Assembly (NCBI GenBank): GCA_043228905.1
Contig: JBHGNT010000008.1
Span: forward strand, 4,216,001-4,280,000
DNA: 64,000 nucleotides
Origin: Azolla caroliniana
Lineage: Eukaryota; Plantae; Polypodiophyta
Direction: 5' to 3'
Shown here piece after piece: positions 45,901 to 60,079 of the stretch (position 1 is its first letter; the number at the start of each line of letters is the position of its first letter). The position numbers and the translations under genes are program-made. The notes beneath the pieces are model-generated. The model searched no databases. It worked only from the letters and a program-made list of their open reading frames with translations, and was not told the DNA's origin.

Positions 45901-45990
45901 ACAATGCCATAGTTGTTTCATCTTCTGATAGTGATTATGTGGACAACTATGATGATACAACAACATAATCTTCTAATGATGATTTTGAAG
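42908..45990 (+). pseudogene. hAT transposase pseudogene (BED-like finger, DUF659/RNase H-like core, dimerisation domain)
   Basis: WDCKLCGFHGSGTLTRL, ILSDGWID, NVVQFDTDSASNC, WTPCASHCLDLLLEDIGK, RPSATRF; remnants of WW..YG and CSS...RNW at ~45100-45310; stops, frameshifts and a solo-LTR insertion. 3' end approximate. Confidence 0.9.
44593..44891 (+). mobile_element. Solo LTR of the copia family seen at 28077, 29350 and 38820
   Basis: TGTTGAGAATCGAACTCAAC...CTTTACA with TSD GTTGC (44588-44592 and 44892-44896). Confidence 0.92.
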
Positions 45991-46516
45991 AAGAAATATA
46001 ATCGAAAATTGCATGGAGATATGTATTGTTGGTTTTAACTTTTACATATTTATTTTAATTTTGAATTTAAAAACCAATAACTATGAGTATGAACTTTGAA
46101 GAAAGTTTTAAATTCTAATAGTTTTTTAATCACTCTATTCATTTTCCATGATTTGAGGGTTCAAATGATATGTGTTTTGATTCAAACTTCAATTGTGTTC
46201 TCGAATCTCTAGTGTCCACTTTCATTTTAAAATATGTATATCACGTGTATAATGTATTGAAATGTAGATAACCATTTATCCATGGGCAATAAAGATAATT
46301 TGTATTTACTATATAGTATTCAAATTACAAGTATCTTTGCATTCAACATCAGTGGTTTTCAAGTATTTGATCTATTGAATGTATTCAACAACGTATTCAA
46401 CATATTTTACCTTTAAATACGTATTCTAAGAACTTATAAATTAATTTTAGAATACTTATAAAATACGTAACATACGTATTGTACGCGTACGGTATGCTAC
46501 GTATGTTACAACCATG

Positions 46517-47430
46517 GTTTATATATAAGTAAATTAGGTAAAAAAAAAGTTGTCGGCAAACGAACGGATCTTAGTGCGATCAACCGAACAACTGGTACCC
46601 CTCCCATTCTATATGTTCCATGAACCTATCCATCACGCGTGGCAATGACTTTACCTAACAAAGCCCAAATGCAAGGTAGAACATTCCTCCACTCCTTCAA
46701 ACCAAGAAATATCGCCGTAAAAACCATACTAGCCTCTTGATATTGCAATATGTCATCTACTTTAACATTATGTGACCATTTATGAAAGGATACCCACACA
46801 CCTTCCATGCCCGCCTCCTTAATCATTAATAGCCTGTTGACGGACTCCTCACTCGCGAATTCCATATGATAACATCCTCGAGACATGAATTGGATCTCGA
46901 GGATGTTATCCACTTCCTTCGAGAAAGCAACGTACAAAGTATGACGGAGTTCCGATCTGTTCATTCACGAACCATGAGAAAGCCTCCAACCGATTTACCT
47001 CACCCAAGACTGTAGCTTTATCCTCCTCCGACAACACAAGGTCGATTGTCTCATCGCACAAATGAGGCGAAAGTTGGGGGGGTGCACGGACTCCCCAGCT
47101 CGTGTATAGGGTCCAACCTGCAGATGAAGTATGGGGTTGGCCTACAGTCGATCTCTTGATCGTGTTGGAAGCATCTCTCGTTGTGGTCATGCTATCCGCT
47201 CTCGGCTCCACTCTCGCATCGGCTCCACTCTCGCAATATTCAACATTGAATATTGTTAGTTGCGGATCTTCTTGCCCCCCCTCCCCAGTTTTAGGGTTTT
47301 GAAGCCCAATCTTCACACATCTTTGTATTATTTGCTCATACTTCTTCTTTTTTATCCTTGATTTACCATATGCCACCGTGCGGAAATTGTTAGGGTTGAG
47401 CGTGTGACCTTCTCGTCTCCGCGAGACAAC
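46517..47430 (-). mobile_element. L1-type LINE 5' end / ORF1 (DUF4283-like)
   Basis: ORFs 46906-47376 and 46626-46964 (EIQFMSRGCYHMEF...SFHKWS...LLGKVI) continue into the zinc knuckle at 40620 once the hAT is removed. Confidence 0.75.
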
Positions 47431-47531
47431 CTCATATCAATCGAGTTGCATCCTTCTCTATTATGTATCGTAATTAGCTTTTGAGATAATGTTTGCTAAA
47501 TATCTAATAAGTACTCCCATACGATATGAGC

Positions 47532-47562
<31 letters not shown>

Positions 47563-47699
47563 CATTTAATGAACATATGTGTATTGTCTTCCAACGGAAT
47601 AGTACAAATGAAGCATATACCTAACCCTAATCATCTGTCTGCTTATGGCTTAACCTAATGGCAACCTAGAAATCATGACTCTCCCACATAAATACCTTT

Positions 47700-49728
47700 G
47701 CACGAGATGGCAAAAGAAAATGATAACCATGTTACAATGTTTGCCAGTAGCTTGCATTTGATTGACATACATTCTATATATTTTAATGCTTTAGGTGATA
47801 GTCAATACAATGATCATACGATATATATTTAGTGAGTGCTAACAATTGTGTACCATCCTTTGATCACCAAGCCACCCAAGGAGCCTCATTTGCTTTCATC
47901 AACAAAAATATCCATGTAACTATTGTATGTCTACTAAATTCTCCCAAATAAAACCATAATTTGTGGGAATACATAAGACATTGTTTGGTATCTTCAAATT
48001 CCAACCACCGTTGTGATTCAATATCAACCACATCCCCTAATTATGTACCCCACGATCGAAACAAACGATTGAATAGAGATCTCGAGTTCTCTTTATATAC
48101 CAATGCAACTATCGAGAAGAAACGAGCATTTCATTTTGTAATGAATTGCAATGCTCTTGATTACTTGTTGGTGCCCACTTAAATAACTCTCAATCTACGT
48201 TTGTGAGTGGCCAAATGATCCCATTACATCCATGTAACTCCCATAAATTTTCCCTTCTTCCACACCATGAACCGAACAAGTTGCAACAATGTCTATAATA
48301 TCTTCTTGGTCCAAGGGTGTGATGGTAAAAAATAATAATATCATGGGCACCATGATACATTGCACTACTTTTGAGTTGCATAGGAAATGACCATAATTGA
48401 ATCTTCCAATATATAAATTTGACCTTTAATGTACTGCCAATCTAGTCAAACAATTGAATATTTGCAAAATCAATACCCATCCATGGATAGCCCAATTGTT
48501 AATAGATTCATCCTTGTGCAACATTGATTTACCCTTCATTCCAAATCACTCTTAGTACAATAAATAAGGTGCAACCTTGAAGATATGGCAAATTGATCCG
48601 AAACTTACATACTCATTTCAATATATTTATTTTGAATTGTGTAGAAGCTTGAAAGAATCATCAACTCAAGTTGGTGTGACTAGTTGTCCACCATAAGAAA
48701 GATGCAAAGCCACGATATCATCACTAGTCACAAGACTAGACAACATTGCTAAAAAATGATGCGTAGAGATAACAAATGACAATAGACTAATTGGACATCC
48801 TTGCCACACTGATCTAGCAAGAGAAACTCTTCAATAAACCCCTCTTCAAACACCGATCTAGTTTGTTATATCGATTGGAAGAGGGGTTTATAGATAATTG
48901 AACAAATGACTAAGCGGACTTCCTTGCCACACTGATCTAGTACGTTGGATAATGACTCTTCAAACACTTTGTCCGACCCTCCCATCAATAAAATAGGCCT
49001 ATATTGATGAAATGACTCAAGAGATGGTGCATTTAGTATTAGTTTGATTAAGTACGCCTTCAAGCTCATGAGCATGAAACCAAAATCATGACAATGTTGA
49101 AATATTTGCTTGAATGACCTATTTACAAGAATGTAAGCATGTACATATCTCAAAGGCTCAAAATTTAATAACATCCCAACCATAACTATTACCGGTTGGA
49201 AGACGTAACAATAACTTTTCCACCTTTACTTATTCAAAATTAGCATTTAACTCTTGACAAATATTTGTATTCATGTTACACCCAACTATATTATAAAATT
49301 CATGTATTGCTTTCAACGTATCATTAATAATCGACTCTAGTGAACAATCAAATCCTTAAAATGAGAAATGCATACTTGGGTCCACAACAATCTTGTCTCA
49401 TTTCTTAACGTGCACCACATTCTATCGAGCACATGATGGTCATGATCCTTGAAAAAACACATGAGGTGTTGATCGATTATCTATAAACCCCTCTTCATAT
49501 CTATATAATATTGTAGCCTTTTGATAACATTGGCAATATAAATTATTCTCAATGCCTTGTAATTTAATTTAGAATACCAAACGATCTTCATCATGTGGAT
49601 TTCTGTGTCAATAATACATTGCATCGTATAAGTATACATGAAAACTTATCAATAAACTATCTACATCTTCATGCATTAATCAAACAATAAATTTGATGAA
49701 TATCATTAATGTCTTTTAATGTTGTATC
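47700..49728 (-). mobile_element. Highly degenerate LINE reverse-transcriptase remnant
   Basis: YRPILLMG (~48980-49003) and ARSVWQGCPISLL (~48780-48820), which match RT motifs RPISL and GVRQGCPLSP; many stops. Boundaries approximate. Confidence 0.6.
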
Positions 49729-50639
49729 TACCAATGGGCCCGGTTCAATTTCGATTCGGTTTGGTTTCTTCGCCTTGAAACCAAACCATTTATTAATAAT
49801 AAAAACCGAACCAAACTGTTTTAAAATTTATGAAGCCATTTAAACCGAACCGTTTAGAGCCGAACAGTTAAACCAAACCGTTTACGAAAAATTTAAAACC
49901 AAACCAAACCCGTTTATCATAAATCAAAACCAAACCATTTTTTATTGATATTAATCATTATACTTATTGTCATCACACTCATCATAAATTTTGTCATCAT
50001 ACTTATCATAAAATTTGTCATCATACTAATCATAAATTTGGTCATCATACTAATCATAAATTTGATCATCATACTAATCATAAATTTGGTCATCATACTA
50101 ATCATAAATTTGGCCATCATACTAATCATAAATTTGGCCATCATACTAATCATAAATTTGATCATCATACTAATCATAAATTTGATCATCATACTAATCA
50201 TAAATTTGATCATCATACTAATCATAAATTTGATCATCATACTTATCGTAATTGATCATCATACGTATCATAATGGATCATCATACGTATCATAATGGAT
50301 CATCATAAATGAAAAAGAGACTCTACATATAATACATATAAAATTTAATAAGTTAAAACAAGAGTTTAAAATTAAAAGTTGAAAGTTAGAGCCTATAGAA
50401 AATATTTATGAGTATTTTTTAACCTATAAACCTTTAAACCGAACCACATAAACAGAAACAGGTAAGCCGATTAGCCGCTAAACCGGTCAATTCAAAACCA
50501 AACCAAACCAAACCAAAACCAATTAGTAACATTTGAAACCAAACCAAACTGTTTATTTATCTTTGAATCTATAAACCATTAAGCCACGGTTTTTCGGTTT
50601 GGTTTGGTTTGGTTTGAGCCGAAACCGGGCCCATTGCTA
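49729..50639. mobile_element. Non-autonomous hAT-type element (MITE, 911 bp)
   Basis: TIRs TACCAATGGGCCCGGTT / AACCGGGCCCATTGCTA, perfect 8-bp TSD GTTGTATC (49721-49728 and 50640-50647), many subterminal AAACCG/AAACCA motifs. Confidence 0.93.
49950..50305. repeat. 24-bp minisatellite (ATCATACTAATCATAAATTTGRYC) inside the MITE
   Basis: About 12-14 units visible; gives the periodic ORFs on both strands. Confidence 0.93.
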
Positions 50640-51126
50640 GTTGTATCCCATGCATGCCATCTCATGATTTGAAAAATGCTAAAAACCCATTGCATATAGG
50701 CATAGATTGACACATGTGTGATATTTGTGATATTCTCCATGCGCAATATTCTCAATATTTGAGAATACAAAATGGCCCCAAGAATATTAGAAAACCATTC
50801 GTTTTGCAAAATAAATATAAAATATTTATTTATTTAAATTTATTTCACCAAAAAAAGAACAATTATTCACTAAAAGATTATAGTGTAAAGAGAGTTTATG
50901 AAACTTATTTTAATTAATTAATTTTTAAAAAATGAATATTTTTATATTTATTATACAAATATGATTAGTATGAACTTTGAAGATATGATTAGCTTGAAGT
51001 ACTATTTTTAATGTCAAAATAAAAATATCCATAAATTTTGAGGATAGAAAAAATGAGAAATTAATGAGCCTTTATTTTATTTTTTTTATTTATTAAAAAT
51101 AAAACGAATACTTATAACTTATAGGT

Positions 51127-51430
51127 CAGAGGTGGTATTCGGCGAGATGGTGGATGTGGTTTGATTGAAGCAATTTCTCTGTTTTTAGGAGTGACGATGG
51201 TGTGGGGGAATGAAGCAAATCACGGGGGAATGAGGAACAATTTCTCATTTTTGTTGATTCATTGCACAGGACATTGGTGCTATTCGGCGAGATGGTGGAT
51301 GTGGACTAAAGGAAGCAATGTGTCTGTTTTAGGAGTGATGATGGTGGGGGGGATCGAAGCAGCTCATGAGGGGATGAGGAATTTTTTATTTATTTTGTTG
51401 TTAATTCCACAGGACATTGGTGGCATTCAG
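51127..51430. repeat. Diverged tandem duplication (~145 bp x2)
   Basis: TATTCGGCGAGATGGTGGATGTGG at 51136 and 51281 with matching downstream sequence. Confidence 0.75.
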
Positions 51431-51872
51431 TGAATAAGTTGTGGGGATCGAAACAAATGGGGTGAGAGGTGGAGATTAGTATAGTACATTTCATTTTCAT
51501 GGTCTGTTTTTTTCTCCCCAACAGTTTTTACAAATGTTGGAATCACTTCAGATCTGTTTGCAACTGTTTCTGTTGGGATGGTGAATCTTCTTACAGAGAC
51601 GGAAATCTTCTTACACCTGACACATATGATTGGAAAGACGGAGGACATGGAATCTGCAGCAGATCACTGGAATCAATGCTGTGTTTTATGGCTGTTTTTT
51701 TTTCCCAACAGTTTTTACAAATACTAGAATCATTTCAGATATACTGGTGGAGATGAAACAATATTATGTACTATTTGTATACTGCCTCCGGGCTTTTTAT
51801 TAATACCAATGGAGCATATGTTTTATGGTAAAAATACTTATAACTTATAACTTATACATTTAATATTAAAAT

Positions 51873-52493
51873 GGGAAAAGTACTAAGATACCCCTGGAAC
51901 TTCACCTATTTACCAAAATATCCCTGGATATTCTAAATTTACCAAACTATCCCTATGTGCAAAAAAATACACTTTATAAAGTAATTATACACTCAAATCT
52001 ACAAGCCTTATTTACCAGAATACCCTTCAAACATAAATTTCTTTACTTAAACAACAGTGTGCGAATACATTCAGAAAGATCCTACGTCTTCTCATTTTCA
52101 ATGGCTAAACCAATACAAGTTATCAGATCGTGACAATGATGGTAGAGATCTTTCGAAAAGGTATTATGTGGTCACCAACTTTGGCACATTTGCTACTATC
52201 GTGTCTATGTTACATGTTACAAATCAGACCACAATAACTATTAATTGCCATAGAATTTCTTCATAGTCACGAGCATAAGCAATTCCCACAGTTGTTAACC
52301 CCGTATCGTTGCTGGGGACACCTGAGCTCTCTAGCAGTGACGAGCATGGCACAAGAAAGCCTCAAAATCTGGCACAAGAAAGAACGCATGGGATCTCATC
52401 CGCTGCGAGGATTTATTAGGCATACTCAAAGTTGTTGGGGCATGACCACATCCACAGCTCAACAAAGTAAGAAGCCCCCTCCTGTCTCCTTCT

Positions 52494-52525
<32 letters not shown>

Positions 52526-54075
52526 TCATTATTTCTTCATTGATTTGATTAATCCATCCTATCTCCATGCATGTACACCATACATTTAAAAAATCAAGGG
52601 GTGGGGCAAGATCAGTGACCATGCCATCCCGTCGTCGCCTGCTACCGATGGTGATGATGGTCGCCATGGCCATGGCCATGGCCTTCATGGTTAACCTCTC
52701 CCTTTGCACCTACTAGAACGTCACCACTCTCCTCCGAAACCACCCTACTTGTAGGTCCTTCAACACCTTGCTCTCCAGCTATGGCGTCACCTCTGCCATC
52801 AATAGTCGCACCACAATCACTGTGCTCTGCCCCCCCAATGCCTTCTTCTCCACCTCCCGCCTCTCCGACGACCGTCAGACCGCCTTCAACATCCTAAGCT
52901 TCCATGTCCTGCTCGATTACTCCAATCCCTCTCCGATGGCTCAACAATCATCACCACGCTCTTCTAGACCATTGGCCTCTCAACCGGACTCAACGGCTTC
53001 CTCTATGGTTGATAAGATCTTCCAATACCATGATTCATCACCAGGATTGACAATCTTCGCACCCACCAACAGTGCATTCGATCACATGTCTAGATCAATG
53101 GTGTATGCCAGCCTCTCCATGGCTCAGAGGGTCTCGAGTTCCATGGGATTGCTTCGTTTTTCCCCACACAAGAGTTGTTGGGTTCCGTAGGGTCTCCGCC
53201 CACCCTACCTACCACATCAGGCAATGCTGATTATAAGCTCTCTTTGACTCAATCGACAAAGATTGGTGTGGTTTCAATCATAACCAATGGCAATGGAAAC
53301 CCTATTCCGATAATGGGAATGCTCTACTCCAGCAATCTTGTGTCGATTTTCTCCATTGATTTGTTGCTCCTTCCTGCAGAAATCTTTCTGTCGATTGCAG
53401 CATCGCCATCTCCGTCCATAACATTAGCCCCAGGACCCAGTGGACTTGCATTGTCTCCGCCTGACTCGAGTCCAGCTATTTTGCAAGTGATGTCTTCGGC
53501 ATCAGCTTCGGCCCCGGCAATGCAAACTCCTACATTATCGAGTCCAACATCATCACCACCAAGTTATTCGCCCCATGCTCCACCTGCAGACAAACATGGC
53601 CTCAACAGTGTTTCACAACTAAAAGTTGTTGGGGCAATTCCATTTTCATCGCCTCCTCCCTTTGTCCCAGGCATATAGGCAGAAAATTCTCCTTCTTCTT
53701 TAGGGGCAATATTGACAAAAAACGAAATCTTTTCTCGAAATATCTGAGCAATGCATGCAGGGAGGATTAAGCCATTCTCATCGTAGCTATTTCCAGTACG
53801 GAGAGGAATATGAAACGCTTCAATTTCTTCTCCCTGAGAACAACCTTGTTTACCATGAAAGGATCTTACATAATCTTACAATTCAACTTCTCCTCATATA
53901 GTTCACCATTTACTTCTGCATTGCGTTTGAAGGATATTCTTGTAAATAGGGCTTGTAGATTTGAGTGTATAATTACTTTATAAAGTGTATTTTTTTGGAC
54001 ATAGGGGTATTCTGGAACTTTCAGGGGTATTCTGGTAAATAGACGAACTTCCAGGGGTATCCTGGTACTTTTCCC
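51873..54075. mobile_element. Pack-MULE (non-autonomous Mutator-like element carrying a gene fragment)
   Basis: ~150-bp TIRs (51873-~52031 and ~53925-54075) starting GGGAAAAGTAC; 9-bp TSD TATTAAAAT / TATAAAAAT; no transposase inside. Confidence 0.9.
52621..53700 (+). pseudogene. Fasciclin-like arabinogalactan protein (two-FAS1 type, FLA1/2/8/10-like) pseudogene inside the Pack-MULE
   Basis: Signal peptide from ATG 52621, TAG at 52712, NVTTLL...SFNTLL...INSRTTITVLC, ILSFHVLLDY, frameshifted STIITTLF*TIG...GF, second domain GLTIFAPTNSAF, SIFSIDLLLLPAEIF, then an S/P/A-rich AGP tail. Confidence 0.87.
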
Positions 54076-55428
54076 TATAAAAATTTAGTAGTGTCAAATC
54101 CCCAAGTCCCTCTTTTATTATCCCTATTTATTGTCAAGTTCCTTTTTTTTTATCCTAGGAAATTAAAAAAGACAAAGTTTTTTTTTTGGAGTTAAACGAA
54201 TAGGTGACCACCCATTCGTATTCGTATTCGTTTGCATTCGAATGGGAAACCCGACGAATGCGAATATGTCAATCTATGCATATAGGTATCAAATAAAGAA
54301 GAATTAAAACTCAAGAGCCATATCAAGCAATGTTTTGTACATATCTACCACATGTTTATGAAACTCGAAATACACGAGAAAATGATTTTTATGTGTATGG
54401 TGGTGATTTATCTTATACACGAGTGATTAGTATTGGTGTGTGTGCCCTCTTTACTTACGTAGATATATAACTCTAAAGCATTTCAGAGGCATTAGTTAAT
54501 CTCTTAGGTAAGTTAGTGGCAATATGAACACCTAAGTCAACAAATACCAATGTGGAGATATAACCCCACAAGTATAAAGACGTAAACACAACATGAACAC
54601 CTTGGGTCGACACAATAACTTGTTGCAGAAATTTCTAAGCATTAAATGCTTCTTCTCTGGCAACGATATTCATCACTTCTTCCAATTTAGTATTGCATAA
54701 ACCAAAGAATGTAGGTGATCATGTGGATATCCTTGCTCAACCTTGGTTTTACTTAAAAGTATCATCAAATCTATTTTTTATTTTTTAATTGACATGTAAC
54801 TTGCTCATCTAATCGTGCGATAACAAGTCGTACACTAATGGTGTACTAATTTCCATCATGCTATTACAAAGGTCACTTCATGCACTACGTTAAAGCTTTT
54901 TTAAAATTAGCAACGCAGCAATAATGTTTTCCCTTGTAGTCAACGTTATTTTTTTAATTACTCTTTATTTAACCAAATGATACGCAATTGAGTGTTTGGG
55001 TCTAAAACCTACTTAACCAAGTGATCCTTTGTTTCTACTTTCAACCCATACACTTACTTTTTCCTCCACAACATTGCTATACAATTCAATTTCTAACTTG
55101 TTAAAATTGACAATTGCTCTTTTGTAAACAAATATTTGGATGTTGGATTTCTACTTGTCTCAAATGCTTAGTGTATTTATGATCATGTTAATTCATGGGA
55201 ATGACTAGTTGAGCCTCCCCAACAATATACAAATTATACCATCTATACTTTTGGTTGATTTGTAAACAAAATGTTGTCAAGATGGACAAAAGTATTAATA
55301 TGAGGTACAAGGTTAAAAACTTCTAAGTTATATTTGAGAATCACATGCACTATGATTTTGTTCTCGAGTTTACATGCAACACAATGAGCATTAGCTTATA
55401 GGTTAAGGCAAGAAATAGTCGGATCCAA

Positions 55429-58400
55429 TTAATATCGAGTCTTGAATGGCTTATAGACTTTTAGATCATTTACAACACCTTCTATTGACCCAATTAGGGC
55501 TACTAGAGAAACAAACAAACAAATAAGGCTTATAGATTGCAAGACCATCCATTGACTTGTCCATTTCCCTATCCTTTTTTGAACTATATACATTTCAATG
55601 GGGAAGTACACTGTTAATGGCCAAAATGCAGTGGCCCCAAGTATGCCGACAACATCATTAAAAAAGGGAAGAAGCATTGCTACTAGTGTCGTAAATATCA
55701 CGAATGTTGTCCTCCATATTAACCTAAACAAATTAATCTCCAATGCTCCTATAATTGAAATGTGTATTACATACTCTCTATGCACAAATCGGCTCTTCGG
55801 GCACGACTTTCTCGTCCAATTCTCTACAAATGCAAACACCGGTTGGGTGAATACCTGTGAATGAAATACACACATCAAACACATGCATAAGGGGTACTAT
55901 TTTGGCTACGATTGTACAAGAAAAGGGTGACATTTTCATTCTTGGAAAAACAATCACACAAATGCTATGTGCAGAAATCCACCCAAAAAAAGAAAAAAGC
56001 TTTGAATCAAGAAAAGAGTTATGGTTATGGTAACCTGATATGCACCGACCAAGTGAACCACGATGCAAGCATTTGCAAAATCAATGAGCCAATATGGGTC
56101 ATAAAAGCCAAACCCAGTAAGAAGGTTCCCTGGAGCATTGTTCCCAAATGCGGCGTACCCAGCACACCCGCACGCCATATAGAATATTGTTGTTGTACCC
56201 ACTCCTAATAGACTGGCTTTCTTCATGGTTTTGCTTTCTTGAGGCATGCTCTTTATGGTATCCTTCAGCATTCCAATACAAAAATCTATTAAGTTACCTC
56301 ATATTACTATTCTTTCTATCTAGCATTTGTATGATCATATTACAGGAGAGGCAAAAAAACTACTAGTTACGAAAGTATCCCAAATTTTTTCAGTGTTCTA
56401 CGGAATACCCCTCCTAGCTTTTTAATAATTACCAGAATATCTCTCTATCATAGCAGGAGTAGTAAATTTTAGCCCCAGTCATCAATCACATTGTTAACTT
56501 ACCTGGATCTCAATGAGTATCATCGAGAAGGCGTATGCGAAGGCTACATCTCCAAGGGCTTGGAAAACTAGCCACACTTTCTTAGAGCCAGAAACACTTG
56601 TAGTGCTTACTCCCACGAGTGTACCATATGAATGGCCATGTCCTATCACCAGAAAAAAGCAAAGTAAGAGGTGCTAAACACGGGCATCAATCTTGTCATG
56701 AACCACAAATATGAACACAAAACATGAAAACAAGGCAAATATATTTTTATCAACAGTAAACATAACATGACATTAAGCACGAAAACAATGTGCTGCTCCA
56801 TATCTAGAACCATCATGGGAATAGATGTTTACCTGGGGCTAGAGTGTTAATCAAACATGGGCATCATCCTTGTTATGCAAAAAACTATGGGGCATGAACA
56901 AAAAATCCAAAAACAATATTCTACTCCCTATCTCTTTGCATAGATAGGAAAGACCACCATACAACAAGATGCTGACCTAGGGCGGTTCCGATACCAAGAG
57001 CTAGTCCAATTGATGAGTATGTGAATGACATAATGGCTGCAACTATAGACAGCCACCATAACTTGGTAAAGTTTGGGATTTGAGAAAGCATTATCTCGAC
57101 GATTCCGAAAAGTATCATATATGGATTATTAGACACATAACAAGGTGCACTCTCTCCATTTTGGTAAAAGCAATTTGATCGGCGAATGGCCCTATGTTTT
57201 ACATAAGAAAAAAAACATTATTGGTTATGTCTTGTTACTGATTGTATAGTTTTATCTAAATTCTTATCGAACTATGATATGATTAAAAGGATGACTTACA
57301 CCATGCTGATGGAGGCAGTGATAGTGTAACCAATAGCAGTTCCAATGAGATTAGAGTATTGCACAATCCCACAGAGCAAGATGTGAGTTCCACCTATACA
57401 ATTGCAAGTGATATCAATGCATATACACACACACATATACATGCATACTCTATATATATATATATATATATTGCATACATCAGCATATAATAATTTCAAA
57501 TGTGTAGCATCTACCATTCAAAAAAATTTATCTTCAAATCTGACATTTTCCTCTAGATATGAGATATACAAATTAAAAAAAACAAATCTATATCTTTCAT
57601 GACAAAAGAAGTTTCAGACATTTTTTTTCTGTGGGTAAAACATCCCACATTTTCCTCATGTTTCCATACAATGTTCAACATTATCATCCAAATAAATGCT
57701 GGAATCATAGAGCAAAAAAATATATTAGGACTGACATTTTGTGATATAATTATTTCCATAAAAAAGAAGTAAACCATTGGAGAGGTTTTCATACCTAAAT
57801 TTGCTCGCACAGCATCCATGTATGTGTAGTTCCGAATCCCAGACACAGTGTCAGGAGATCGGTAGCAATCCGAAAGAAGAGTAGATGTGAAATATGTGAC
57901 TATTGAGAAACAGATTAACACTATTGGTCCAGCAATCCATCCTAACTGAGCCATACTCCATGCTAAAGAAAGTACTCCTGATCCTATCACTGCTGTTATA
58001 ATGTGAGCTGATGCTGTCCATAGAGTACCTATATCAACCACAACAATAAATACAAAAGAGGTCTTCATTTTACAACCTTTTTTTGAAAGTTATGTTTGCG
58101 TCAAACTTGACCACATTTCCTATTCAAAGGAAAAACAATATGCACTGAATTCATAATAAAAGGGGCTATGTTAACAAAATACTTTATGTGTTGTGTATTA
58201 CTTCAAACTTACCATAACTTCCTCTACAAAAGCCAATAGATGTGAATGTTTAAAATGCATGATTTTACTCTACAAACAAAAAGAATGTGGAAATTTAAGG
58301 AATACACAATTTCCTCAACAAACGGAATGTCTGTTGAATCTACCAGTTCTTCTAGGCATGCCATCGTCGTCTCTATCTGAAGCATGAGTCGAGAGATGAA

Positions 58401-58455
58401 TTGATGGAGGTTCTCCACTTGTATGTTTGGATAAAGCTTTCTCCAAGTCTTCCAT
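55429..58455 (-). CDS. AAP: Amino acid permease (AAP family), 7 exons, ~482 aa
   Basis: Exons 58344-58455, 57795-58028, 57300-57393, 56977-57191, 56503-56642, 56035-56262, 55429-55854 (1449 nt, all GT-AG, in frame). DDDGMPRRTGTLWTASAHIITAVIGSGVLSLAW, GYAAFGNNAPGNLLTGFGFYDPYWL, FWPLTVYFPIEMYI. Specific paralog not assignable. Confidence 0.96.
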
Positions 58456-60079
58456 GAAGCTGATGGGACTCTGTGTTTATCTATCTAATATGGGTCTTGT
58501 CTAAAGACTAATCTTACTACTTGATCATGTACTATGTGGTATGGGTCTTGAATTGAGTTTTACATCAAAATCTAGATTAAGGAAATGTGGTGTCGACCAC
58601 ATGAAATCTAGTCTTTTGAATTTTAAAACACATTTACCTTCTTAGAGTGAAGTTTAAAATCGAAAGATATAATGCATGTTATGATTGTGATGTCTAACAT
58701 TTTATCTACTCTCAAGGATAAGGCCTATGGTATGGGGTTTTAAGTCTATATATATATAAATTCATCTTAGTTATGATATCAAACATCTAATCTCAATACT
58801 ACTCTTGTTGTAATCTATGCCTATGAGGAAATTTGTATTGTATAGGCCATATACAGACAATGCTTACAATATTTTGAAGCCCATTCAGGGCATTTTTAGT
58901 CTTCAAATAAATCCCGTTTGATTCTTCTTAGAGTGCATAGAAATAAGGGAAAAAGGTATTCAACCAAATATGGGTTTTTCATGGTTTCTTTTTTTCATAT
59001 AAATGCAACAATTTTATGCATTACAACAAAATAGTTAATGACAATATAATGGGCTATTGTGTTCAAAAAACGCCCAACAATTTGATGATGAATAGGATGA
59101 GAAAGCACATCGATTTTGATAACATAAACAAAAATAGCATAAAATGTTTACTTTTAGAACACAATGAGAAAGGCATTAAATAGTTAAGTAAAATAAGTGA
59201 AAGGATAAATTACACGGGTATGTATGTATATACATGAAAAACTAGGCTGAAAAGGAAATACTTATGATAGAGATGCATACATAGCTATCATATGTATGTA
59301 CAATGTACATATATCATTAAAAACTAGGCTGAAAAATTAAGTACATATGATATAATACATACATACCAATAATGTGTATATACATATGATAGATACGCAT
59401 ATACATTTGTCACTAGTTAAAAACTAGAATGGAAAAAGAAATACATATGATACGAATGTATGTATATACAAAGAGAGAAAGAGGTTACGGAAACAAAGAA
59501 CCCTCAGAAAAGACTACAAAATGTGGTTCATCGACATTGCTGAAAAGACTCTTGATCAATAACTACCCAAAGCACAATGATTTCTTATTCATTGATTGAT
59601 GAAGTCTTTTTTGATTCAGTTGGGTATGACTTAGTTGTATGCGGGTGATGAATGGTGTAATCAGCTTAATTTGTGACCTAAAATGCTGATAAGACACTTG
59701 ATCAATGACTGCCCAAAACAGGAGGCTTTTTAGTTCATTGATTGATGGATTGTATTGGGTTCAGTTAGGTAGGAGTGAGTTAGTTTTATGTGGATGATGA
59801 ATGGTATCAGTTTGTCATGGATGTGGTCTTAAAGATTTCTTCATCTAAATGCTAATTGAAGACTGAAAAGGTTTCCAAAAGGCAAAAACAGGAGTTAACT
59901 CCTTTTGAATGCAAATCAAAACAAATACAAAAGGAGTGTTTGAAGACTTGGAGAAGGTACCTTTCCAATATAGAAATGCTTTTTGCCTTCTGCTTTTCTC
60001 AACACACAAACACTGTCTGTCTCCCTTGCTGGCTGAGAAAGGAAAGGGTTGGGTGAGTTTCCTGTTTTGGAGGGTTCTC

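Larger units (their letters stand above)
40635..46516 (+). mobile_element. hAT DNA transposon (5.9 kb), decayed
   Basis: Imperfect TIRs CATTGTTGTTAAA / TGTTACAACCATG (10 of 13 match), 8-bp TSD GTTTATTT (40627-40634) / GTTTATAT (46517-46524), subterminal TACG/CGTA motifs; LINE ORF1 resumes on both sides. Confidence 0.85.

Noticed and set aside
49917-50295. Periodic Met/Ile-rich ORFs on both strands
   Set aside because: Translation artefacts of a 24-bp minisatellite inside a MITE.
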